A stretch of 64,000 nt of DNA from Bispira polyomma (lineage: Eukaryota). Shown here one piece after another: positions 37,401 through 49,254 of the stretch; positions within the stretch are counted from its first letter, which is position 1; each line of letters opens with the position of its first letter. Under the pieces are notes generated by a model that searched no databases, was not told the DNA's origin, and saw nothing but the letters and a program-made list of their open reading frames with translations. The position numbers and the translations under genes were made by a program. Location of the stretch: the NCBI GenBank assembly GCA_965649765.1, contig OZ287748.1:55614001-55678000 (forward strand), given 5' to 3'.

Positions 37401-40400
37401 TGCTGAAATAAGCCCAGGCCAACATCACCAATCCCCAACCAGATATATTTGAAATCGCTGCTCAAATCAGGTTTACATCAATTACTGTTAGAATCAAGAA
37501 CTAATACATTGGGAGATCTCACTACATCGCAGTAATGATATATTCTGCCTGTTATCTCACTACACCGCAGGAATGATATATTCTGCCTGTTAAAGTGAAT
37601 AGGTACTGGGGTTTCCTCTCAAAAATTGTTGTAAAAATGATATCCATTACATTTGTCTTGGAATTTTTTTATATCTATAATGTTCATATCCAAGTATAAC
37701 TATGTAGTACCTATTCAGTGTTATTTGTCGTATTGTGTCTTTGTTGTATCCTAATGTCGACTTGTATATTTGTTTGGAGGATGCAATGTGGAGAAAAAAC
37801 CGTGAGCCTAATAGTGGCAGTGTTTGTATTGGAACAGATCTGAATAGGAACTTTGACACTGGTTTTTGGGGAAGTGAGTCATTGCTATTTTTTTTCTGTA
37901 ATGAATTAGTAAAGAATATATGTAATCACCAAAGGTTGCAGGTAAATGTGTACAGATGCAAAAAAGTTAGTAACAGTTCATACATTTTGGTGCAATCTCT
38001 TACAGTTGGACACTGCTTCTACACATATTCACAGGAATATCTTTGGTCAACTTGTCCGTAACATGCCCATGTGTGGTATTAATCAATTATTATTTGTACG
38101 CTGTTCAGACTATTTTAGATTGACTCGTGATTGGGGATTGATTAAGATTTAGCTTCAGGTTCTTTTATGGGGCAGGTGAAAGCTTTGTGTACAATACACC
38201 AATCGGGTAAATAAGCGGGGGCTGAGATTTCTGTAGCTTTTGACGTTTGGTATGTCATGTACAGTAGATTTTATGAACTGGTTTGTAACTGGACCTTCTA
38301 TGGCAGTTTTAAATACATTATTTGAAATTCCCACAGGTGATGGTACTTCCACTAATCCCTGTTCTGACACATATGGAGGTGCAAGTGCCGCTTCTGCACC
38401 TGAGACAGCGTATATTCAAGACATGTTGATTGAACTAAATCCCAAAATCATGATCAGCATCCATTCCTATGCCAACATGTGGCTTCAACCGTTTGGTCAC
38501 CAAGAGGGATTTACTTGTGCACGCACGGACATAGTCATGCACAATAATATGGTATATAGGGTTGCTAAAAATGGTAGATACAGATACATAAAGTTGAGGA
38601 AATTGGATTTACTGAATTGTCACCTAATGGTAACTCAATTGAGTACCGTTTGGTTGCCTTAGGCAATTCTCCTACATACATATAGAATCTTTAAATTTAA
38701 TTGAATTGGAGCAAGTTTTACAGGAAAAGTGGAGAAATCTACCCCAAGAAACAGCTATTTTACAAGCCAAAGGCTTTCATACTTAATACTAAACAAATTA
38801 ACAGTAGTCAACGTTAATGTCCTGTTAGTTTAGTTAACTGTAACTGTCGCAATTATGTTGTAAAGAAAATGTTTAAATCGCCTCTAAAAATCAACATTAC
38901 ATAAATATTCTGTAAATGTTCCAATAAGTATATGTACTTTAAAAATATACTTCAATTTTATCAACAATTAGGTGGGTGTATCTACCATCAAAACACTTAA
39001 GTGGTACAATGGCCAAATGAAATTGTCAATACTAGTTTACATTTAATTGTACAGTTTTGATAAAGGGTTTTGATAAAGTTGTCATTTTAATATAGTAATT
39101 TTAACACTAAATAATCTTGAAGTAAACATTACCAGACCATAGTGCATATATTATATATTAGTACAAATATAACTACACAATATTGCAGCAACATTTTATG
39201 TTGACTTTTACATTAGATGGATGCAGGGCAAGCAGCTATTGATGCAATTATGGCAGAAGGTGGACAGAGCTGGGTTCGTGGCACTGTGTGTGAAACTATA
39301 TGTAAGATACATTTCTGCTATTCATTCATAATCATAGCCATGTTTTTCAACATTGCAGAACAATTATAGGATATCCATATTCCCCTTTTATATTAAGAAT
39401 AGAAGTCTAAAATCCAGACTATGTTATTGGTAACATTGTATTCTTTTCAGGCGCAACCTCTGTGGCTACAATCAACTATAATTAGTTTTCAAAAATTTTA
39501 TATGAATTAATTGGGTTATGAGCCAACTTGTATTATTTTTATTATTATGTGATATTTCTAAAGAACTGTAACTATTAAAAGCACAATGTGCTTTACAATA
39601 CATATGTTGTAAAAGTTAAAATATAACAAAATGAAATGGGGTAATGGATATAAAAAGAATAAAAATATGTCCAGGGTAGCACAATTTCTAGTAAAAATGT
39701 GTCTTTAATAGTTACTTGAATTCATCTGTTGAATCAGCTGGTTTGATGTCCATTGATAGTTTATTCTATAACTTTGGTGAAGTTTAGTGAAAGCTTTTGC
39801 TTTTATTGGGGGTGAATCTAGGAGTTTGATTCCTGTAGTAAGATGGACCAAGAGGTAACAATTTGGTTTACTGTATATATTTTAGATCAAACCTCTGGAG
39901 TTACTTTATATATTTCAGACCAAAGCTCTGGAGGTGCTGTATATATTTCAGACCAAACCTCTGGAGCTACTGTACATATTTCAGATCAAACCTCTGGAGC
40001 TACTGTATATATCTCAGACCAAAGCTCTGGAGCTACTGTATATATTTCAGACCAAAGCTCTGGAGGTTCTGTATGTCTTTCAGACCAAACCTTTGTAGGT
40101 ACTGTATGTCTTTCAGACCAGACCCTTGTAGGTACTGTATGTCTTTTAGACCCAGCTTCTGGAAGTACTGTATGTCTTTCAGACCCAGTCTCTGAGGTAC
40201 TGTATATCTTTCAGACCCAGCCTCTGAGGTACTGTTTGTCTTACAGACTCATCCTCTGAGGTACTTTATGTCTGTCTGACCAAATTCTTGAGGCACTGTA
40301 TAACTTTCAGACCCATCCTCTGAAGGTACTGTATATCTGCCTGTCCAAATTCTTGAGGTACTGTTAACTTTCGGACCAAACCTGTAAAGTACTGTATATC

Positions 40401-40579
40401 TTGCAGATGCAGCCTCTGGTGGTACTGTAGACTATGCTATGACAACTAGTACTCTCTACAGCTACACTCCTGAATTGAGAGGAAACAGCTTCAATCCACC
40501 AACATCGCAAATACAGCCAGCTTTTGACGAAACATGGGCTGGAATTGTGGCACTTGTTGCAGAAACTGAAACACATTAG
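28481..40579 (+). CDS. Secreted M14A zinc metallocarboxypeptidase (prepro-CPA-like), copy 1; exons 28481-28548, 29893-29971, 30711-30847, 33663-33756, 34088-34195, 35547-35645, 35953-36063, 37780-37873, 38337-38551, 39217-39301, 40407-40579 (~420 aa)
   Basis: Signal peptide MLKLLILGLGLISLTHA; propeptide YRGYRTYKVTP..LDVW..HVMVSP..VEDV; HARE (His69/Glu72), PIVNPDGY, WRKNR (Arg127), GTDLNRNF (Asn144/Arg145), NPCSDTY, SIHSY (His196), IYAASGGTVD (Tyr248), YTPELR (Glu270). All junctions are GT-AG and phase-compatible (1263 nt); AATAAA at ~40664. Confidence 0.93.
29100..29820 (-). mobile_element. Decayed non-LTR retrotransposon 3' end in carboxypeptidase intron 1
   Basis: Minus strand: KPKRRLYWTFK..RSRLVQFR..LPLRI.., ERLCLVCNSNVIKDEIHFLCNCPAY (C-terminal CCHC typical of LINE ORF2). 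Confidence 0.75.
30822..33640 (+). repeat. 66-bp minisatellite (~39 units) whose first unit is the exon-3 3' end plus splice donor of carboxypeptidase copy 1
   Basis: Unit AGATGTACATGTGGWARATGTARGAGA|GTAARTCAAAGCTATTGGTTTACYAGGAGCTTTTAAACT; the real donor GT is at 30848 and the next at 30914. Confidence 0.96.
30968..31182 (+). mobile_element. CR1/L2-group LINE RT fragment inserted in the 66-bp array
   Basis: WFGLNGTVLDWIKSYL..GVPQGSALDPLLF..HHMYAD; same 5' junction as the insertion at 57824. Confidence 0.9.
36751..37010 (+). mobile_element. tRNA-derived SINE, most complete copy in the window
   Basis: GGGGCCGCGGTGGCCTAGTGGTTAG (A box), GAGTTTGAATCC (B box), conserved core, 3' GGACGTTAAA and AATT-type tail. 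Confidence 0.75.
37086..37419. mobile_element. MITE inserted in a short LINE 3' fragment
   Basis: Imperfect TIRs CCTGGGCTTCCTTTCAGCA / TGCTGAAATAAGCCCAGG; internal palindromes such as AGACGTCGGCCGACGTCT; left flank reads EYKILLVCFKALHG. Confidence 0.65.
39869..40429 (+). repeat. 33-bp (31-33) minisatellite, 17 units, whose last unit is the true splice acceptor plus start of the final carboxypeptidase exon
   Basis: Unit TACTGTATATATTTCAG|ACCAAACCTCTGGAGC; true junction TACTGTATATCTTGCAG|ATGCAGCCTCTGGTGG followed by TACTGTA. Confidence 0.93.
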
Positions 40580-41269
40580 GTAAATGTTGCCTTGACGAGG
40601 AATCAAGATGAAATACATTACACGTGAAGATTCAGATGTGTTGCTTTGTGTAATAGTTGTGAAAATAAAACATACCTGTCTTCTGTATGTTTCTTTTGGT
40701 TTAAACCCTAAATGTTTACATTTCAGAATGTCAGATAAATGCCAACAATTTTATAGTTCAGTGTTTTCTGTATTGGGTATTACCTGAACAGTAAAAATAT
40801 ATTTTAGCTTGAAATTAATTTTATTTTTTTTTTACAAATAAGCTTACATAGTGGTTGATAAACATTGAAATTACTGAAAAAAGAGAAAAACAAATAACCA
40901 AATTAATAGGGCCAGTGAGAATGATTGGCCATTGTGGTCAAATATATTTATATCCTGGAACAACAATACAGGATAGTATGGCTTTGGTCCTGTTACGTCA
41001 CCACCACTGGCACTTAAAATTTGCATTTGGAAAAGATGACTCAAAAATACTTTGACCTACGTTTTTTATGTTTGGTAGCACACTTGAATTTTGACCTTTA
41101 TTCTCAATAGTAGTCTTTGTATTGCCCAATTTTGGGCATTTAATCACATTTCTCTGTAGCTTGGATTATCTTAATAAGTAAAATAGATACATAATATTGT
41201 CTGGATAAATTTGACACTGAAGCGGTTACTCTAAGGTCATCCACAGAACACCAAAATACCAACATTTGT

Positions 41270-41880
41270 CATTCCTGTTACTATCACATTTGTGATATCA
41301 CTTGTCACTGGACTGCCATCACTGTGGCTAACTCCCTTATAAGTAGCCACCATGACTACTGCCATTCCTTTCTGTTTGGGTAAAAATGTTTCACATAAAC
41401 AAGTAACAGTCTATTCCAAACCATCTGTGTAAAGTCATTTTTTGTCTTGGGATCTGTGCTGATGTCTCTCTATACATCAAACAATTATAATGACTTGCTA
41501 TTTACTATTGAATTTTGTTTAAAATCGATGTAACCACTTTCAAATCTGTTGTGTCTCAACAGCCATCCTATCTTGCTGCTTGCATTTTCTTTAGCAACCT
41601 TAACAGGAGAAAGAGACTTTCTATTTTGTCTGTAAAACCTACCAAGAGCACTGGATGTAGAGCTTTTTCTATTGCTGCATATGGTATGGTCTCCTAATTG
41701 AGCTTAGATCACTTAACGCACTGTCTGGGTTTAGATAAAAAGTTTAAAACCCATCTCCTCAAATGCCCCTACTTCCCTCCCTATACACTTCCCTCTTTAC
41801 GACCATGGTTATGTTTTTGGACTTATCAACTGGTCAATTGATTCGGTTGTTGTTTTAGATGATGCCTCACATCAATAAGA
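41270..41880 (+). mobile_element. Highly decayed CR1/L2-group LINE 3' fragment
   Basis: ILFKIDVTTFK.VVSQQPSYLA..SVKP..RAFSIAA, homologous to 22700-22850; tail TTAGATGATGCCTCACATCAATAAG. Confidence 0.75.
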
Positions 41881-44225
41881 AAAAAATATTTATTTGGTCA
41901 GTAAATATGCGTATTCCTTAAAAAATTTCAGTAAATACATGTATTTACTGGTTTCACACGTTTACTGTTGGTCATTTTAGTAAACATGTGTAATGACAAC
42001 ACTTTTGCAAGTGTTTCATTTATATTTAAAAGATAAATATCAATGTTTAGTGATTTCATCAGTTTTTATTTCGCAAATGATGTACATGAAGTATTATGGG
42101 TGGTTTGGTGTTCTAGAAGTTATTAATGCGTCTGTCTTTATTTAGGTCACTTTAAAGCACACTACATCACATATATTTTTACATTTTTCTTTATTTGCAC
42201 AAGAGTAGCCAAAATATTGTTTTTAATTTATTATTATATTATTTCAAAAATTATTGAAATTAAAGATGATTTTACATTACTATTTAATTAAATAAAGACT
42301 AAAGGTAGTAAGGTTTTGTAAAACTTTCCTTTAATATAATTGTAACCAGTCAACTGTGGCTTCTATAGCAGGCAAATATCATCAAAGACTCAATTACATG
42401 TCTGTAAAAGCCACACTACCTTTGATGGTAGTATATTAACAAGATTAAAAGTACCCTTTTTAAACCCTTGTGAAATGTGGCTTCTGTGGAAGGTAAATCT
42501 CATCAAATAATCACAATTGCCAATCAAGGCCAGTGTGTCTATGAGAGAGGCAGTAATTAAACAGGGATTTGCGAAATGTAACTGTAGTGAAAATCAGTGC
42601 AAAAACAATATATGTGTTATAAATATAAGCTTAAACGCAACAGCAGGTGCTGCTCTAGTTTATCCTGCAGATATTCTGTTCTCTAAACAATCGGCTTTCA
42701 GCAAGTCTACTGCCTACACATACATACCATAGCAAAGAATCAACTTCACAACTGCAGAGGTGGGAGTCAAGTGTGTTACTACTACACCACTGAGGTCTCT
42801 AATCAATCTCTGTGGAGTACTAAGTGCGGGTAACTGGTAATGTTCCTGAAGAACGGTACAACTATCACAATGGATTAATTACCTTTTTATGTATATCCTG
42901 TCTCAAACTGTTAACTACCTTGCTTGAAGAGTTACTGTTTAATACTGTTTTATATTTGATACTGTTTTATATTGTGCTCTATGGTGCTCGACCCTTTTCT
43001 GTCCTTGGATATTGAAATTGAATTACTGTCTTTTGCGCTGTTGCGCCTTAGAGTCCCCTTCGTTAAGGGAAGATTAAGCGCTAAAAAAGTCTAATTACAA
43101 TTACAATTTATAATAACAAGCTCTAAGAATAAATTTGGGGTTTCTCCAGTCATCTAACAAAGCAAAGTTACATAAACCCTCCTCATCTGATGTATATGTA
43201 TTAAGATTTTTTTAACTTTTGTTGCATTAAGCAAGTAATAAAATTTATTCTTGTAAATCATGTCTGTATGCCAGAGGGGAATCTACCATTTTTAGCAACC
43301 CTGTATTTACAGAGAGTTTTTGTAGTGATACCAGCAATTAATTGCAACTTACCATATTTTTCATGAACACATGATGACTATAAATTTTGTTGTGGATAAT
43401 ACTGACACCATACTACATGCAAGAAAAATAAGGTTGTAGTTGAAAATACTAACAATTTAATGTACAGGTGTGTCAAGCACGACAACTTTAGGGATCTGCT
43501 GGTTCAGTTCACCATCCCAACAAATACCCCTTTTATAAACCTATTCTTGTTCACTGAGATGCCCTTTCCACCTTTCCCAGTCAACCAATCACTAATGAGA
43601 ACCCCCCTTAATTAGTTTGTGGGTCCCAACTTTTGGGTGCCATTTTTGAAACAGTCAAACTGAAGATTTTATTTATTCCCACCTCCCACCGTGCTAACCA
43701 CGCAAGGCTCAATAATTAAAGCAAAAGTCCACGCAAAGTTGTAAAACCCCATGCAGAAATCCATTTTTATTTTTCCTTACGTCAAACACGTTTTATTAAG
43801 TAGAGAACCACGTTTTCTTACGTTAATACATGTGAAGACTCGCAAGTGATGCAAACTGTTACGTTAAAATGTTTACGCAAAGACACACAAACATATGTAA
43901 GACTATATATATGGATACATCAAAAGACGTCATATTATCACAGGGGAAATTTTGAGTAGGAACCTTTAATGTGTTGTCCCCATGACATCATATATAAAAT
44001 GATAAAATGGAGATGTAATTAGGTAGTTGGATCTTTTCTAGCTTAAACATACTTTTAAAATTGTAAACTTCTTTTGATATAAAATGTTTTCATAACAATA
44101 GGTGTTTGTGGTGTAGCCATCAAAGGACATCTGTTTATGTAAAGTAAGATATGTTTCTGTATAACACACAAAATACATTTTAAATATGAGATTGGTCAAG
44201 TTGATCAGATAAATTTACACTTAAA

Positions 44226-44931
44226 TGTTACTGGGACATAAAAGGTTTATTGTCATCAGGGTGTATTGTTTGAACCCGGATGTCTGTATGTAGTGTTATG
44301 TAATCAGGGTTATATGGCAGGAAGTAACTAGGGTAGAGATAAAGGACCAGACAGTGATTAAAAGAGAACACATCTGGCATCAAAAGGAACAAACCCAGGC
44401 AGAGTATCATTTAGCATATAAACTAAGATAATAGGCTGTTGGTTTGGGAGCTAGGTAATTATAATGGGGTTGGGGATGTGATTGGCTGTTAGAAAGGTAA
44501 AGTGTAGCTTATATTTTGAGTATAAATATAAGGGTCTTCTAGGATCAGGGCAGAAAGAAAAGAAGAGAAACAGACAAATCAGAGATAGAGAGTTTTTAAG
44601 AGAGAGATAATAAGTGTTATATAGAATTTACAGAAATAGATTACACAGAGAAATTAATGAAAAGAGATTTATTTATGTGAAAACTGAGATATAAATAAAT
44701 GATAGAATCTATATGAGTATTTAGTAGTGAATGAGAAAGAGTATTAAAGTGACCAGAGAAGTAGTGTTTGAATCAATATAGTTATTTGTGAAATGTGTGA
44801 AATATATATGACTAATTTGTTATAAATAAAAGTAATTGTTATATTGTGTACCTGAAGAAATAAAGTGAGAAAAGAAAGACATTAGTTTATATGAGTTGAA
44901 ATAACAAACAAGAAAAAAATATGTTATAATA
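44226..44931 (+). mobile_element. Possible solo LTR nested in the Harbinger 5' region
   Basis: Starts TGTTAC, contains TATAAATA (44521) followed by a purine-rich region and AATAAA, and interrupts the ACGT-rich subterminal sequence; no TSD identified. Confidence 0.3.
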
Positions 44932-45278
44932 TTGCATTTGATTATTACGTTGTGTGTATGTTTTAATACGTTAACTTATGTAATGTTATGTTTGCCACGT
45001 CAAAGTAGGTAAACTTGCGTCAATTGATATGTGCATTGACGTCCCATCACGTATATTATGTCAATACTCGTTTGATCACATCAGGCGACATTTCTAAAGT
45101 ACATGTACGTCACTGCACGTACATCATGTGGCTTCTCGCACCACAAAGTAGCTATCTATTGAGAGATTTTTCACAAAGCATGTTCATTCACTTGTGAGCC
45201 TTTATATGATAAGGAGCTTACATTTAACAATAAAACAATTGTTTGACAATAAAATTATTTTATTTCATAAGTATAACA

Positions 45279-47550
45279 ATGGCTGTAGCTAATTTTCCAC
45301 AACAACTTGTTTTAAATCAAGCTATGAATTTGCAAGTATAAGGTTTGAACAATGTTGTAGATCTGTTGCAACTGCGTCAGAGGCAGAGGAGAAGGGCTCA
45401 AAGGAGGGACAGGACAGTGTGGGTTAGGCCATGGCTACTAAGACGGAGACAATACTGTTACTATGAAAACCTAATGGCTGAATTAGAGGCAGAAGATCCA
45501 GCTAGTTACAGAAACTTTATTTGTTGTGACCCACAGTTCTTCAGGGAACTGATGAACAGGCTAGACGGCAGACTGACCCATCAAATAAACAACTACAACA
45601 CCCACTGACCTGCACTTGATGTTGGCTTAATGTTGGCCATTACTATGAGATATCTGGCTTCTGGACAAAGCTATCACAGTCTGATGTATGGTTTCAGGGT
45701 GGCACAAAATAAGGTTCTGGATCTCTGTATTTTAACTACAAAAAATTCATATCTATTGTACTTATGGCAGTGATAGATGCTGAATACAAGTTTATGTGGA
45801 TCGATGTTGGTGCCAATGGTAGTTGCAGTGAAGCACAGCTGTGGAACCATTCCCCCTTAAAACCTGCTTTGGAGAATTGGTGGCTCTGTCAAGTGGTGCT
45901 TGGGGTGTCTTTTATTCAAATGTTTCTGTAGACGTGGCTCTGTGGTAGTTGTGTGTTTCCGGCGGGTTCCACCACTTGACAACAGTTGAAGTCCAAAATA
46001 ATAATAGTTTTTTTTGTTAGCTTTTTCATCACACTTTATTTCTTCTTTTAAGAAACTTAAAAATATTTAACAAACAACAGTTGTAGTATCATATTAAATC
46101 TTGATGTTACTTTTCTGTGAGGCCTGATATAACTGGCTCTTTATTACAGACTCTGCGCACAAAGCCCAGAATGCTGTGCTTAGCTCATCTCATCTCATCA
46201 TGTCACAATATCTTAATAATTTTCTGGAGTATGTGCTGCTCCTTATATACACAACATTGGCATGCATGCCATGAGTCACACAGATAACAATCTTTGGAAT
46301 TCTACGGGAAACACTGGTCACATGGTTAGAGAAAATAAGTAATTTAGTAAATGTTGATGCATTGCTTGGTCATGTGATCAAACCATTGCCTTTTATAGTA
46401 TTGGCAAGGGTCATGTGATTTATCATCTGATTAGGAAGAAAGAATTGTTGATGGTCATGTGACTAGGAAGCCAGAATTGTTGATGGTCATTTGACCAGTT
46501 ATCTGATAATATTTAGATATCATTGCCTTATATGGGGTGTCATGTGATCTGCATAGGATTGTGGGTAATATAGTTTTTGATAGCTGAAAGGGTCACATGA
46601 TTACATATTTTGCTAAACCTAAGTGTATGGGAAGAACCTTGGACTACATTCCTAAGGAATGATGCACAGGAAACAGGGTTTCTTAGTGCATACACTTGTA
46701 TAAAACTGCATGCTTACACATTGATAAAATACATTATATGTTTGAACATAGTTGTCAAAAAATATGATGATACCATATACTTACAAAAGATTCATTATTA
46801 AACATGTTGCTTTTAACTTTTTTACTGACATAATAATTACTTACTTAACAATGTGGTATTTACTTTTAAACTATAAAATTTAAATGACATTTGCATGATT
46901 TATAATATTCATATGCTTGACTTACCTTAAACTGTTTAATTACATTTACTTTTAATAACATTAACTACATGTTTTATATTATATACAGTTTCTAATGAAG
47001 TAATAAGAACAAAGAAAATAGTAACAAGAGCCTCCTTAATAGCTCACTGTTCCTCCACCCACACCACTACCTGGGGATACTCAACCGGTGCCTTACTTTC
47101 TGTTGGCAGATGATGCTTTTGCCCTTACTAAGACTCTGATGAAACCATTTGGGCACAGAAATCTCACCCGTCCTGAGAAAATCTACAATTACAGAGTGTC
47201 ACGAGCCAGACGAGTGGTTGATAATGCCTTTGGCATATTGTACAACGGATTTCAAAGTCTCACCACCAAACTTCAACATGATGTGCCCAATACCATTCGT
47301 TTTACTACGGTGTGTTGTATTTTGTACAATATCTTTTGGTTAAGATATGCTACCAATCATGTGGAACTGGAGAGAGAGGATGTTGACCATAACCTGATAT
47401 GTGATGCCTGGAGACAAGGATTGGACATGACATGGATGATATTTTGACCGGCAATACATCCAACAAGGAGGCCAAGGCTCATAGACAATTATTGAAGATA
47501 TACTACAACAGCGGTGGTGCAGTTCCATGGCAGGATCGTACGAGAACATA
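45279..47550 (+). pseudogene. Harbinger DDE transposase (HARBI1-like) remnant, split by a ~1.15-kb insertion (~45880-47050)
   Basis: VWVRPWL, YENLMAEL, ITMRYLASGQSYHSLMYGFRVA, FNYKKF.SIVLMAVIDAEYKFMWIDVGANGSCS, PYFLLADDAFAL, YNYRVSRARRVVDNAFGIL; contains stops, frameshifts and an internal deletion. Confidence 0.9.
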
Positions 47551-49099
47551 AACTTTTGGACATTTACATATCAAGTGTTATCATTTAATTTATGGCTGTG
47601 TTGATTTTTTTTTTTTATGGGCGGGGGGGGGGGGGGGGGGGGTTGCAATTAACGGTTCAATGATAAATAAATGTGTTTTCAATTTGAATGGCGGCAAATT
47701 TGTTTCAATTATCCCCTTGAAGGCAAGCATTAGGAACTGAACCCACGACCACATAATTTCAATCAGGCACCTCTAAATGGGACAATTGGCCCACATATTT
47801 CAAAGAATTTGGTCCAAAATTAGGTCACATAGAACATTTCAACTTTGACCATTCAGTTTGACCTTGGTCAAGTTTGCATATATCAAAACATTTAAACGAC
47901 ACAGGCCATGATCAGCTACACCCTGGTTTCATATTCCAAACATGTAGGACCACTAATGAGCAAGATTTAGGCAATTATAAGTTTCACTATCCCAATTTGA
48001 CCTTAACCAAGAGGTCCAAGGTCAAATCTGAAAATATAAAAAAAACTAACAAAATAACAATAAAAGAGATATGTAATAACTGTCCCTTGTTTATTAAAAA
48101 TCAGATAAGTATTTCTTAAATAAAAGTCTCACATGGCTGGCTCTTACACAGAAGTGTCTGTGTAGGCAGTTACAATGTGAGTCACAGACAGGATGCCGCC
48201 GCCGCCTGTGGTGTCCACAAAATCAGCCTGTGAAGCCAACAGCTCTGTGTACGTGGTCCCAGTTACGACCTGGGTGTCAGCAATCGTGATTGGTTGTAAA
48301 GGTTCACCAAAACTTGTAGAGGTGGCTGCTTCCCTTGTTGTTGGTGTGGATAAGGATGTCGCAGATGCCACAGAGAGATTTCGAGGGGTGTCGATCTGTG
48401 ATGGTAGTGTAAAGTCCATTGGTCCCCAAGTGTCTTGATCCAGGGCGGGGACCTGGTCAGCCTTGCAGACTCAGTTGTTTGGGTTGACATCTCCGGTCTC
48501 TGTGATGCAGCATTGTCCCTGTGAAATATTAAAAATCGATAGCTTGATTGATTGAGGTGGAAAAAGTTAGATAAACATTGGACAGGTGGAAACATGCTGT
48601 AATTGTAATTAGACTTTTACGGCACTGCTGCTGCTACTGCTAATGCTGTTAATTACTAATAGGACTGAAGGCGGATATGTGGAAAAGGTTGGACAAACAT
48701 TGGACAGGTGGAAACAGGTTGTAATTGTAATTAGACTTTTATATTACAACATCTTCTTGGGGCTTTACTTTATCAATGTGACCTTTATATAAAACTACAC
48801 TGCAGTTGATGTTAATTGCTTACTTGCACCACCAATTTAGCAGCATTTTAATTCCTTCAACCATTACAATCTCCACACCATTTCCAACTATTTTATGACA
48901 GGTTCTAAAATCCAAATTAGCCCAACAACTACAGACACAATGCATAAGGCCCATCCAATTTCATTGTATTTTGATACCTGCAACTGCAGCTCAACATTAT
49001 ATTAGCTTACTCACTAATCAAAATATTGCTAACAGAAGAACACAAACCATCATTGAAAGTTTAAATAAAATTTAATTAAAATTTAATTACACACGTATG

Positions 49100-49254
49100 C
49101 AGTAAAACCTCGATAGTCCAACCATATTGGGTAAGTACTTTGTTAGTTCTGATAAGGGAAATCTCAAAAAATGGCACATCGTAGGATAAACAAAGAATGG
49201 GACCACGGCCAGGCCAGTATGAAATCAAATATTCGGATAATGGAAGTTCTACTG
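49100..49254. mobile_element. Degenerate Tc1/mariner-type MITE
   Basis: CAGTAAAACCTCGATAGTCCAA ... TTCGGATAATGGAAGTTCTACTG imperfect inverted termini. Confidence 0.5.

Noticed and set aside
39843-40259. 138-aa ORF with SDQTSGATVYI repeats as an independent gene
   Set aside because: It is the in-frame reading of the 33-bp acceptor array inside the last intron, with no independent gene signals.
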